From NCBI GenBank assembly GCA_918797485.1, contig CAKKNE010000005.1, forward strand, positions 4,650,001-4,714,000: a DNA stretch of 64,000 nucleotides. The letters run 5' to 3'. Each line of letters begins with the position of its first letter. Position 1 is the stretch's first letter. The notes under the pieces are model-generated. The model did no database searches and had not been told where the DNA came from. It saw only the letters and a program-made list of their open reading frames with translations. Below are positions 28,401 to 37,426 of the stretch, piece after piece. The position numbers were made by a program, and so were the translations under genes. Source of the stretch: Pelagomonas calceolata. Taxonomy: Eukaryota.

Positions 28401-28797
28401 GTTTCAACAGAGGCGTCGCGCCGTCCTTCGAGCGGCTGTAGAGCGCCTGCACGAGCCAATCGCAGGGCCCGAAGTGCGCGGGCCAGCCGACGCGGATGCT
28501 CTGCGTCGCGGGCGGCAGCGCGCGGAGGCCTCTTCTTAACCCTCGTTCCGTCACGCCCAGCGGGACGCGTCCCAGCTCGACCGCGTCCAGCAAACTCTCC
28601 CGATTCAATGCTGCGGCCACTAATGCGTCCGTGAGGCGGTCCGTCTCGGCCGCAAAGGCCCAGAGCCCCTCGAGGGCCGCCGGCGGGAGGTATTGTAATT
28701 GTTCCTGTAAAAAGGTGTCGCCCTGCGAGATGCAGGCGACGACGCGCCTTGCGCACAGCTCTTGCAGGTCTCTTATGCGCCACTGGGGCGTGGTCAT
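25405..28797 (-). CDS. leucine-rich repeat (RNI/FBXL-type) protein with a CCCH zinc finger
   Basis: Many LxxLxLxxC repeats (LEALELDGCRHV, THLDCSGCTRL, LRRLRLVAC). CCCH motif VCARFLAGRCSRATCEFAH. N-terminal LQELCARRV resembles a BC-box. Confidence 0.75.
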   Translation of the reverse strand: MTTPQWRIRDLQELCARRVVACISQGDTFLQEQLQYLPPAALEGLWAFAAETDRLTDALVAAALNRESLLDAVELGRVPLGVTERGLRRGLRALPPATQSIRVGWPAHFGPCDWLVQALYSRSKDGATPLLKLELRAAGLGGGQGGVVPTHWTRTGQQDAAEERPAPKPSSALLGRARAAAHSEEACLLHVTDGAIKSMLRSAATDQGGLEVLSIAGAREAEGRFADALREHTALKDLRFRDAPLVSDDAAAALVEACASTLEAADVSRTGAGPRCAQALSGCALLRRCAVDGCDLFDDDALDTLLASSALEELSCRRCPKLAAGACWRSCATLGIHLRRLRCDLRRGGISKLRARREAALRLIRDEDASDSEESLDAATASTLDDLPPFDASWRGTSLAFLSCALVGFDNTQIRDVWLQALLAKLPKSLVDLDVRGSWDGSVRPLAASLEHVQGILPNLERVGGFAVAHVVARPPLVSKFASIKALDIACSALTALDVGALLHTLDTLQTASLRATSANAVGDAALKSNIETLDLEGLRFGSLLLDRLPRLRVLRLTRCAVQKLGVKRAPLLNELNAAQCAGAFCGVRGVDSSAPERLRSLRRLRAPSDAFAAAFARAGTALKSLTLEDAMVSHENDDDDAARATLGGVLRARAATRAAYLGNEAPHLDGLVSLELLRARDFTAKHFAALPLACPALRRLRLVACANCRGTLASDTQLPPPVASSDRRLSATSDGHFGEMTPVKGPEAESDDELFAMDDERPERNVSFASPTSRRLAFDEPPRVERRSPSPARATPPRRQRRQHNGERFDALLQCWVGGHAGGSGTPSVLRRLAEPRSAEYRRFAKVAAALPVDRRTGLPVCARFLAGRCSRATCEFAHQQGGNKKRVRALLDLLDEVDSYREGDWWAPSNGDESDDNSTDGLSRSPPSVSNSSPSSSSPRSHVNDFGGRARPPLRFENLEALELDGCRHVDGLMLDGPRLLALAVPRCDGLSNLSVIAPRATHLDCSGCTRLRSVPLKPGALPMVAVASLANCQRLDASFLHSFVDHCRHLTHLDVYGAALAEREVKSGSKKSKAGTLHSDPTRIKKSTRAGLSKLTAGRPHLEVVKTRKEHEAPRNATRTTLDLRLS

Positions 28798-29299
28798 TGT
28801 TTTATGCTGTGCTGTTTTATGCTGTGCTGTGCTCTGAGACAGCTGCTCTCGAGGATCACGACGAGTTCAAACAAACAATGATGGCAGCGATCAATGGTGT
28901 TTATGACAGTAGTTTTCAACGCATTTTGCGCAGTGATAAAGGCGTGTGAGGCACGATTAGGACCGCGCAAAACCAGTGTGCTCAAAGCAAATTCAGCGTC
29001 GCATCGACCGGAGAAAGCGCTCGCAAGGCTCATTCGGCGACTATAACTGGTACCGTGAGGCTCTCGACGAGTTTCTGTGAGACGCGTCGACTCGAATCAA
29101 AACGGGTTTTACAACGATTATTTTGCGCGTAATTTGCTGTTTTAGACATCATAGAGACGCCAGACACAGCGCGCGCCGTCGATTTGTCTCCCCTGCACTG
29201 CCGCCGCCGCTTGCTACTTGTTTCCGCGCCTTTCCGCGGCCTCAAATACCGCATTTGCGCTGTCCGCAGCCTCAGCTTAAAATACGAAACACAAACGCC

Positions 29300-30175
29300 A
29301 TGACGATGCGCGCCGTCCTTCTCTACGCCGCCGCGGCGCTGCTCGCCAAGGCCGACGACCCCTGGGGCCTCGAGCACAAAGACGCCTACGACGTGTTGAA
29401 AGTGCCATTCGACGCGTCGCGCGAGCAGATCAAGCAGGCGTACAAGGCGCGGTCGAAGGAGCTGCATCCCGATAAACTGAGGAAAAGCGATAACGAACCA
29501 TTTCGCCAGCTGCGCAAGGCCTATGATATTGTGGGCTTTCCCCGCTCCAAAAAGAAGTACGACAAGGAGGCCCGAAAGAGGCACAAGCACGCGCCGCGGC
29601 GCGCGGAGAACACGCTCGCGGCGGACCTGGCGGGCGACCGCAAGCCCATCAATGTCGTGGTGGGGCGGTTGGAGAGCGGCCGCGCGCTCTTGTTGGACGA
29701 GGCCCTGGTGTCGCGGGACGGCTCGCACGAAGCGCGCTTCGAAGTGGACGGGAATCTGCGGGTGAGGGAAGCCGGTTCTCGCTCCATAGTCTGGCAGACC
29801 TTCGCCAAGCCGACGCGGGCGAAGCACGGCTTCGGCTGGCTCCTGCTGCAGCACGACGGCAACCTCGTGCTTAATAGTGGAGACAAGGGCCACGTCGAGA
29901 GCGTGATCTGGTCTTCCAACTCGGCGGACCCCGGTGCTTCGAAAAGTTATTTGGAGCTCGACGACGACGGCGGGTTGAGGGTGCATCGGAGGACGGCGGA
30001 CAACGCCTACGCGCCGTGCGCGTGGGGCTCGATGGGCTGCGGCGGCGGCCTCGCGCCCGTGCGGAACTCGATTAGGGTGCTGTTGCGGTCCATGTTCTAC
30101 CCGTCGGCGCTGAACCGCAAGAAGGGCGTCCTCTCGTCGCTGGTTGGTTTTCTCAAACGGTGCTTCTTCCTCTAA
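29300..30175 (+). CDS. secretory-pathway J-domain protein fused to a bulb-type (B) lectin-like domain
   Basis: Signal MRAVLLYAAAALLAKA. J domain DAYDVLKV...IKQAYKARSKELHPDK. Lectin repeats FEVDGNLRV..IVWQT, LLLQHDGNLVL..VIWSSNS, LELDDDGGLRVH. Confidence 0.8.
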   Translation: MTMRAVLLYAAAALLAKADDPWGLEHKDAYDVLKVPFDASREQIKQAYKARSKELHPDKLRKSDNEPFRQLRKAYDIVGFPRSKKKYDKEARKRHKHAPRRAENTLAADLAGDRKPINVVVGRLESGRALLLDEALVSRDGSHEARFEVDGNLRVREAGSRSIVWQTFAKPTRAKHGFGWLLLQHDGNLVLNSGDKGHVESVIWSSNSADPGASKSYLELDDDGGLRVHRRTADNAYAPCAWGSMGCGGGLAPVRNSIRVLLRSMFYPSALNRKKGVLSSLVGFLKRCFFL

Positions 30176-30208
30176 GTTGTGTAACAAAATCATTAGTACT
30201 ACAGCCTA

Positions 30209-32706
30209 CTACTTCCACTTGAAGAAGCCCGCCGGCGGCGCCTTGAGCGAGTCGTCCTCGCCCGCGCCCAAAAACATCGTGCGCCACCAGGCCTGCGCCG
30301 CGTCCTGGGCCGTGCCCTTCTCCAAGTTCTGGAACTTGGCGAGCTGCATCACCAAAATAGGCGCCTGGAGCGCGTGGCCTTTAAGGGCGGGCGGCTTGGA
30401 CACGTGCCACACGCTCTCGTCGACGAGCAGCTTTCGGGAAGTCGGGAAATCTAATAAAGTGACCGTGTCCGGCGCGGCGTCGGCGTAAGCATTGTCGTCG
30501 TCCTCCTCCGCCTCCTCCTCCTCTTGAACTGGTTGTAACAGGCGCGCGGCCTCGGCCGTCGACGCCGCCTCGCGGACGTCTATCGTGTCCACGTTCGACG
30601 CGTCCGCCACCACAACTCCATCAGACTCCAAAATCTGGAGCTCGGGCGGGATCGCCGTCTGCGCGAAGATCTGGGCTCTTACGTCTTGCTCAGACACCTC
30701 GAACTCCTTGAGCGCGAGGCCGCCCTCGACCCAGCGCGCCTTGAGCGTCCGCGGCGGCGCCTCGGCGATCGGCGGCAGCTCCTCGACCTCGATGTCATCA
30801 TCATCGCTCAGCGGCAGCTCCTCGACCTCGAGCTCGTCATCGCTCATAGGCAGTTCTTCCACTTCGAGCTCATCATCGGACGCGTGATCATCATCAACAA
30901 CAGGGCGCGCCTTCGCCTTCCTAAAAGCCTCCGCGGCCGACGTCAGTTTAGGTTCGTCCGCGACCTCGTCCAGCGCATCTAAAACATCGTCCTCGTGCTC
31001 ATCAAACGAAGGCGGTTCAGACACAACACCCGGCAGCTGCGGCCCCACATCCACGATCGACGTCCAGGAGTTGCGCTCGTAGGGCCAGACCCGTAAACCA
31101 GTCTTCTTGACCTTGACCGTGATGCGTCTCGGCTTGACTTCCACACAAAGGTCGCGCGCCGAGCACCCGGGCGGCAGCAACACCCGTAACTCAATCTCCC
31201 TGACTCGTTGCCGCCACGAGAAGCCAGGATAGGTGTAGGCCAGGCCCGGCGCGTTGGACGGCGGAAAGGCCCTGATCGCCTCGCTGCCGCGGTCCCACGA
31301 CGCCTCGAGGCAGTCGCTGGCCTGCGCCTCGGCTAATGCTACTAACTCTTTCATATCATCCTGGAGGAAAGTTTGTAAAACGGGTCGGAGCTCCGGTAGT
31401 CGCGCGCACGTCAACAGCGACCGCGGACCCAATCCTTCATCTTCAAATTTCGGCAGCAACGCGTCCCACTTGAGCCTTTCCAAGATCTCCTCGAGTAACA
31501 AATCGTCCTCGTCCTCGTCGTCCTCTTCCTCTAGGCGCGGCAGGTTGTCCGGGCCGTGGAGCTCCTGCGAGACCTCCGCATCATAGGAAACGTCGACGGG
31601 GCAGTCCGGGATGTACCGCTCGAGGTTCGTGTTGTTGACGCAGGTCGGGTGGCCCTGGCCGGCCCACCAGGCCTTCCAGCGGCGCTCCTGTGTTTTTTTT
31701 AGTGTTTGTCGTTTTGTGGCGTGATTTGTTTGTGGGCGTCCGTGTGTCGTCTCTCGGCATCGACGGCCCGCCGCGGCTCTCGCCCTCTCACGCCGACGGC
31801 GTCGAGGCGTGTGCGATCCGCTTCTCTCCGACCGCGTGCCGTCGCCGTGACCCACGCGTCGAACGAGAACGCCGCGAACAGACGTCGGCGGCGACGGCCC
31901 GACGCCATCGCCGCGACGCGCGCGTGTGAAAGAGGGACGCCGACACACACCTCGGGCGTCATTTCCGCGGCCAGGTCGTGCAAGTCGCCCTGGATCGCCC
32001 GCTTGCGCTTCTGCGCTCGCAACGCCCTCTTCGCCTCGACATATTCCGCTCTTAGTGATTTCGAGTTCCGCTCGACCTCCAACCCGGCCCTGCACGCCTC
32101 CAGCGCCTTATCGCAGGCACCTAACAAACGCAGCGCGCGCGCTAATCTCAAATGACCCTTCAGGAAGTCCGGTCTGAGTTTCGTGCACTCCTCGGCGTCG
32201 AGCCGCGCCTTCTCGAAGGCTCCCAATTCCAGAAAGCAGAGCGCCCGGTTCGAATAAAGAGAATGGTCGTAGGGGTCGAGGTCGATGGCCTCTCCATAAA
32301 ACTTGGCGGCATCTCGAAAACGTTTTTTGGCGAACAATGCGTTGCCTTCGACGCGCTTCTCCTCCTTGGCTTGCGCGAGCTCGACGCGCGACGGCGGCGC
32401 GCGCTGCTTGGCGGAGCTTTGCTTCGGGTGCGCGACCTCCTCGACGACGGGCAGGTCATCGTCCTCATCTTCCTCGTCGTCAGAACTACTGTCGGAGCTG
32501 TCGCGCTCGTGCGTGACATCTTCAATAACGACGGCGTCGTCGTCCGAGGCGTCTTCATTGGCTACGGTCGCGTCGGCGATGACGTAGTCGTCCTCCGCGT
32601 GCGAGACGGCCACCTCCTCGACGAGGACGCCCTCGTCGTCGCTCGGCGCGGTGGTGACCTCCTCGACGAGGATGCCGGAGTCGTCCGAGTCGCTGTCGTT
32701 TTCCAT
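30209..32706 (-). CDS. TPR co-chaperone-like protein with acidic tracts and an interrupted CS/NudC (p23-like) domain; exons 32706-31951, 31687-30209
   Basis: STI1-type TPRs (EGNALF...YGEAIDLDP...LYSNRALCFL...KGHLRLARA). A GT-AG intron at 31950-31688 joins the two ORFs in phase 0. CS halves are FSWRQRVREIELRVLLP and LVDESVWHV...LAK...WW. Confidence 0.75.
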
Positions 32707-32920
32707 GCTTTGGCTGCGTTGTCTAGCTCGGATGAGCACGCAAATTATTGCTGTGTGATGTCCACTTGCTAGGTTTGATGAGTTCCACGTATCGTCAGGA
32801 CGCGAGATTTCGGCAGCACTGTCGCACCTCGGGCAGAGTTCAAATCGCGCAGACAACAGAGCGATGGAGGTCGACACCGCTGAGCTAGGCCGTCGCAAAA
32901 GAGCCACTGCGTTTTAGCTA

Positions 32921-32942
32921 GCTAGCGGCCGTAAGACACTAG
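32921..32942 (+). promoter_or_regulatory. bipartite GCTAGC...AAGACACTAG motif
   Basis: GCTAGCGGCCGTAAGACACTAG between the divergent TPR gene and the small membrane gene. Confidence 0.6.
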
Positions 32943-33094
32943 CAATCTAGCTCTGCGGCGAAGCAGACGGTGCGGCCCCCGGGCGAGAGATAGGAGCCGT
33001 CGCCGCGCCGTGCGGACGCCTGGGGCAACCCCGCACAGTCTCGCGGCGGTCACATCGCCGTGCTCCCTGGTTGGAAACGAAACAGCGGGCGGAA

Positions 33095-33758
33095 ATGGCG
33101 GAACCGACGGGAGCCAGCCAGAGCGTGTTCAGCGGGTCCATCTCGGACCTGAAGAAGAAGAAGGTCCCGCCGTAGGGGGCAGCGTCCCCAATTTACTGAA
33201 CAATTGCCATCGCAGAGCAGCACGGCCGCCGGCGCGCCCCCCGACGAACGCTCGAGGCGCGCCGCAAATTAAGGGGCGCCCGGCGCCGCCGCGGCGCGCG
33301 GTCGTGGGCGGCGCACGCGCGCGCGCGCCCGCGGCCGCCGCCGCGCCGCGAAGGCCGGTTCACCCCGGGTCTCGGGGTGGCCCGCGCTTGGAGAATTGAG
33401 GCAGCCTGGCCTCTTCTGGGGCCGCCGGTATCCCATCAAATCCCGTCGCCGCCGCCGCCGCTGAGCAGCGACGCCCGACCGCAGGCACCCGATCATCCAG
33501 TTCTGCTGGGGCCAGGAGCCGCACTGGATGTTCGTCTTCATCCTCTCGCACCTGCTGTTCTGGTACCGCGGCGGCGTCATCCACGGCTTCGCGTTCGAGA
33601 ACCTGTACTCGGACGACAAATTCAACCACGACGGCGGCATCCCCAGCGGGCCGAGCGGCTCCGGCATCTTCCCCATCTCGCTCCTGCTCATGTGCAGCGT
33701 GACCGTGACCGTGCTGGCCAAGATCGCCGTCTTCGTGCCGGAGAAGGCCGAGGAGTAG
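33095..33758 (+). CDS. small hypothetical two-TM protein; tentative exons 33095-33171, 33485-33758
   Basis: The 3' exon has strong GC3 codon usage and two hydrophobic segments. A tentative GT(33172)-AG(33484) intron gives a continuous frame from ATG 33095. Confidence 0.4.
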
Positions 33759-33787
33759 GGGGGTTGTATAAAAGACAGGTTTAAATA

Positions 33788-35689
33788 CTAGTACTCCTTG
33801 GCCACGGCCCAGACGAGAAAAGCCAGATACAAGGCCAGGAACACGATGCCGTGGCCGCGGTGAAGCCTGAAGCCCGTGCACGCGAGGAGGACGAGGAACC
33901 CGACCAGCGCGACCACGAGGACGAGCACTGGGCCCACGATGTCGTCGGCCGGGAGCGAGTGGTACGGGCCGATGACCGCCGTGTAGATGAGCCACGGCAG
34001 GCCCAATCCAATGTAAATGTTGAAGCTGTTCGACCCGAGCGCGTTCGACACGGCCATATTGCCGAGACCGCGCCGCGCGACGCTAATCGACGCGAAGAGG
34101 TTCGGGAGCGACGTCCCCACGGCCGACAGCGTGAGGCCCACGACGGAATCGGGCAGACCGAGGAGCGCGCCCAGCGTCTCGCAGCACCAGACCATGGCGA
34201 GCGAGAGGACGACGAGCCACGCGACGCACTCGAGGCACGCGCGCGGCGCCTGGTCCTTGGCCAATCCAGGATCAGTACGTACGTCGGTGATCGTCACGTG
34301 CAGGAGCCACTTGATCGGGAGCAGCGCGACGTGCAGGCAGGAGCCCAGGCAGGTCGCGTCCTCCGGCCACTCGATCAATGAAGGCTCCATTTCGTCCGTC
34401 GGCGCGTGGCCGTCGACGAATACCGACGCCTGGCGGCGCAGGGGCACGACTTGGCAGGCGGCGTCGGCCGCGGCCGTCAGCCGCTCGAGCGCGGCGTCGA
34501 AAACCGCACCGTTCGGCGCGAGCATCCAGGCGCGCATCGCGACGAGCTCCGACACGTCGTCGAAAGAAGAGCCGAGGGCGTCGGCGGCCGACGAGTAGAT
34601 CGGCGCCAGGTCTAGCGCGAGGACGTGCCGCGGCGCGTCGGCCACGGCCACGCCGCGTAACGCGTACCTCGACGGCCCGCTCGGCGTCCAGAAGGGCTTC
34701 GCGTCGACGTCGTCTTTTTTGCGGTAGAGGCAGACCTCGCCCGGCGAGACCCGGAGCCAACGCAGCTCCCACGCGTGCGTCGACGCGCGGCAGGACAGGT
34801 AGAAACGGTTTGCCTTGAAGACGTAGCAGCCAAACGTGCCGTCCTCGTCCTCGACGTCGCCGAAGTGGGCCTCGTCTCTCGCGAAGCGGAGGAGCCCGAA
34901 GCGGTCGATGAGGTGGCGCGACTCCTCGTTGAACGCCCGGAGGATGGACGTTCGGCGCCGGCGCAGTGAGTGCGACAGCGACTCCCTGGAGCCGAACGAC
35001 TCGTCCGCGTCCTCGTGGAGCGGGTTCGACACGCTGCCGTACGAGCCGTCGAGCTCTTCGGACTGCGCAGGCGTCGTGAAGTTCGCCGCGGGCTCGTCTT
35101 CGTAGATCAACGACGACCGCCGCTCGAGCTTGGCGCCCGCCGGCGGCGGCTGCTCGGCGCGCGGCGCTGGCGCGGCCCCGAGCTTCGCCAATATGAAATC
35201 GTACTTCGCCGCGACGACGACGTACAGCGCGTATACGGCGACGAGCACCGGACCGGCCCACCAGCGGATCACTATGTGGTTATCCCCGTCGTGCTCGCGC
35301 ATCAGCACGTACAAGAGGAGGACGAGGGCGATGGCGTAGAACAAGGTCTCCCGCGCGACGATGGCCTTGTCCAGTACCAGGACGCCGCCCTTGGCGTAAA
35401 AGACCGAGCCGGCGCATATACAGAGGTGGTTGAATATCTCGGAGCCGACGACGGAGCCCACTCCTAGCGCCGAGTGTGTGACGAACAACGCGATGAAACT
35501 GGACACGACCTCGGGGCTACACGCGCCGGCCGCCATGAGCGTCGCTCCTGCCACATCGTCGGGAATCTTGAGCACGTCGCATATCACCGCGAGCGCGGGC
35601 ACGAAGCGCTCCTCGCAGACCACGGAGAGGCACCAGAAGACTATAGCTACGGCGACGACGTTCAATGTGCCCAGCAGTGCATCGTTCAT
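33788..35689 (-). CDS. K+-dependent Na+/Ca2+ exchanger (NCKX/SLC24-like) with a PH-like domain in the central loop
   Basis: Alpha-1 repeat DDVAGATLMAAGACSPE...VGSVVGSEIFN and alpha-2 repeat GLTLSAVGTSLPN...NMAVSNALGSNSFNIYIGLGLPW. Confidence 0.9.
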   Translation of the reverse strand: MNDALLGTLNVVAVAIVFWCLSVVCEERFVPALAVICDVLKIPDDVAGATLMAAGACSPEVVSSFIALFVTHSALGVGSVVGSEIFNHLCICAGSVFYAKGGVLVLDKAIVARETLFYAIALVLLLYVLMREHDGDNHIVIRWWAGPVLVAVYALYVVVAAKYDFILAKLGAAPAPRAEQPPPAGAKLERRSSLIYEDEPAANFTTPAQSEELDGSYGSVSNPLHEDADESFGSRESLSHSLRRRRTSILRAFNEESRHLIDRFGLLRFARDEAHFGDVEDEDGTFGCYVFKANRFYLSCRASTHAWELRWLRVSPGEVCLYRKKDDVDAKPFWTPSGPSRYALRGVAVADAPRHVLALDLAPIYSSAADALGSSFDDVSELVAMRAWMLAPNGAVFDAALERLTAAADAACQVVPLRRQASVFVDGHAPTDEMEPSLIEWPEDATCLGSCLHVALLPIKWLLHVTITDVRTDPGLAKDQAPRACLECVAWLVVLSLAMVWCCETLGALLGLPDSVVGLTLSAVGTSLPNLFASISVARRGLGNMAVSNALGSNSFNIYIGLGLPWLIYTAVIGPYHSLPADDIVGPVLVLVVALVGFLVLLACTGFRLHRGHGIVFLALYLAFLVWAVAKEY

Positions 35690-36058
35690 GGCTGGTGCTT
35701 GGTGTAGGGCTCAATTGACGCGCCGAAAATTTGAGAGCGCTGCACTACGTATAAATGCTTGCTGCGGGTGCAATTTTATCAAACAAAACTGGTGCAAACA
35801 GCTTGAATCACGGTGCATCGCATTTCATTGGTCTGAGAGCTGCCTCTCCGAGGACGGGCCCGAAATTAGCACCGGGACGCCATGGTGTGCTTCTAGCCTT
35901 CCTTGGAGCCCTGGCGCGATTCCAAGGCAAAAAATAATCGACAAAACCTAGCTCATACGCTCTAGGAGCAACTTCAGCCGCGAGCGCCTCGTTCTGGCTT
36001 GAAACCGGGCCTTTCACGGCATCCGGGAGCAAGCGGAGACCCGGGGGAGCACTGTGCC

Positions 36059-37306
36059 ATGGCTCTCGCAAGCAGGGCGGCCGCGCGGCTGCTGCGGCGC
36101 CGTAGCCCCCTCGCATGCCTCCAACAGGGCAAGTCCACTGCGGCCGTCGCCTACGAGGAGGACGAGGACTACGCGCCCGAGATCAACGTCACTAGAACAA
36201 GACCAGAAGCCCCGCAACCGGACCGGAAACCGAAACCCTACCGCTCTGTCGCCGACGACGCGGCCGTGCGGGCGGCGACGCAGGCCTGCTTTCCGACCCG
36301 AAACGACTGGACGCGCGCCGAGGTCCAGGCCGTGTACGATCAACCGTTACTCGAACTTATTCGGGACGCCGGCGCCTGCCACCGCGCGCACTGGGATTCT
36401 AGAGACGTCCAGCAGTGCACTTTATTATCCATCAAGACGGGCGGCTGCACGGAGGACTGCGGCTACTGCTCGCAGAGCGTAAGACACAAGACCCACGTCA
36501 AGCCCACGAAGCAGTTGCCGGTCGACGAAGTTGTAGAAAGTGCGAGAAGGGCAAAAGCCGCCGGGAGCACTCGATTCTGCATGGGCGCCGCGTGGCGGGA
36601 ACTAGGCAACAAGAAGAAGGCATTTAGGGAGATCCTGGAGATGGTGTCGCGCGTCAATGCGGAAGGTTTAGAAGTGTGTGCTACTCTAGGTATGCTCAAT
36701 CCCGAGCAAGCGAAACAATTAAAAGAGGCGGGCCTCCACGCCTACAACCACAACTTGGACACGTCGCGCGAGTTCTATCCCTCCGTGATCAAGACGCGGA
36801 CGTACGATGATCGCCTGAATACCATTCAAAACGTGAAGGAAGCCGGCATCTCGGTCTGTTCGGGCGGCATCCTCGGCTTAGGCGAGGAGGAGAAGGATCG
36901 CATCGGTTTATTACATGAGCTGGCGTCGTTGAAGGGCGGCCACCCCGAATCCGTGCCGATCAACGCGCTCGTCGCCGTCGAGGGCACGCCGATCGGGGAT
37001 TCCGGCAAAGCCAAAAGGGTTGATGTGTTTGAGATGGTGCGCATGATCGCCGCGGCGCGCATCATCCTGCCCAAGACCATGGTGCGCCTGTCTGCTGGAA
37101 GGTTGGAATTTAGTCAAGGAGAACAAGCTCTGATGTTCCTGGCCGGGGCGAACAGCATCTTCAACGGCGACAAGCTATTGACGACGCCGAACCCCGAGTT
37201 CGACTCCGATACGCAGCTGTTCCAGTTGCTGGGGCTGGAGGGCCTCAAGCCGAACCCGCGGCTCGAGCACAAGGCCGAGGGGGGGCACGCCGCGGCGCGC
37301 GCCTAG
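36059..37306 (+). CDS. BIO2: biotin synthase (radical SAM) with mitochondrial transit peptide
   Basis: LLSIKTGGCTEDCGYCSQS (CxxxCxxC), RFCMGAAWR, YNHNLDTSRE, VCSGGILGLGE, PESVPIN, RLSAGR, GANSIFNGDKLLTT. Confidence 0.97.
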   Translation: MALASRAAARLLRRRSPLACLQQGKSTAAVAYEEDEDYAPEINVTRTRPEAPQPDRKPKPYRSVADDAAVRAATQACFPTRNDWTRAEVQAVYDQPLLELIRDAGACHRAHWDSRDVQQCTLLSIKTGGCTEDCGYCSQSVRHKTHVKPTKQLPVDEVVESARRAKAAGSTRFCMGAAWRELGNKKKAFREILEMVSRVNAEGLEVCATLGMLNPEQAKQLKEAGLHAYNHNLDTSREFYPSVIKTRTYDDRLNTIQNVKEAGISVCSGGILGLGEEEKDRIGLLHELASLKGGHPESVPINALVAVEGTPIGDSGKAKRVDVFEMVRMIAAARIILPKTMVRLSAGRLEFSQGEQALMFLAGANSIFNGDKLLTTPNPEFDSDTQLFQLLGLEGLKPNPRLEHKAEGGHAAARA

Positions 37307-37426
37307 GTAACTCTGCCCCCCTCGGGTCGTAACTATCTTTCCAAGGAGGCGCGGCGACGGCGTGCGCGCGACGGCATTCCTGCCCCGGAGTACCGAACTA
37401 TACTTCTAACTATCTTTCAAGGAACG

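Noticed and set aside
28798..28833. Short (GTTTTATGCTGTGCT) duplication upstream of the LRR gene, and a TAACTATCTTT(C)CAAGGA pair at about 37330/37405
   Set aside because: These are small local slippage duplications with no further structure.
33164..33165. AAG|GTCCCG as the donor of the small membrane gene's intron
   Set aside because: It gives a frame mismatch with the 33484 acceptor. The GT at 33172 fits, but the model stays tentative.
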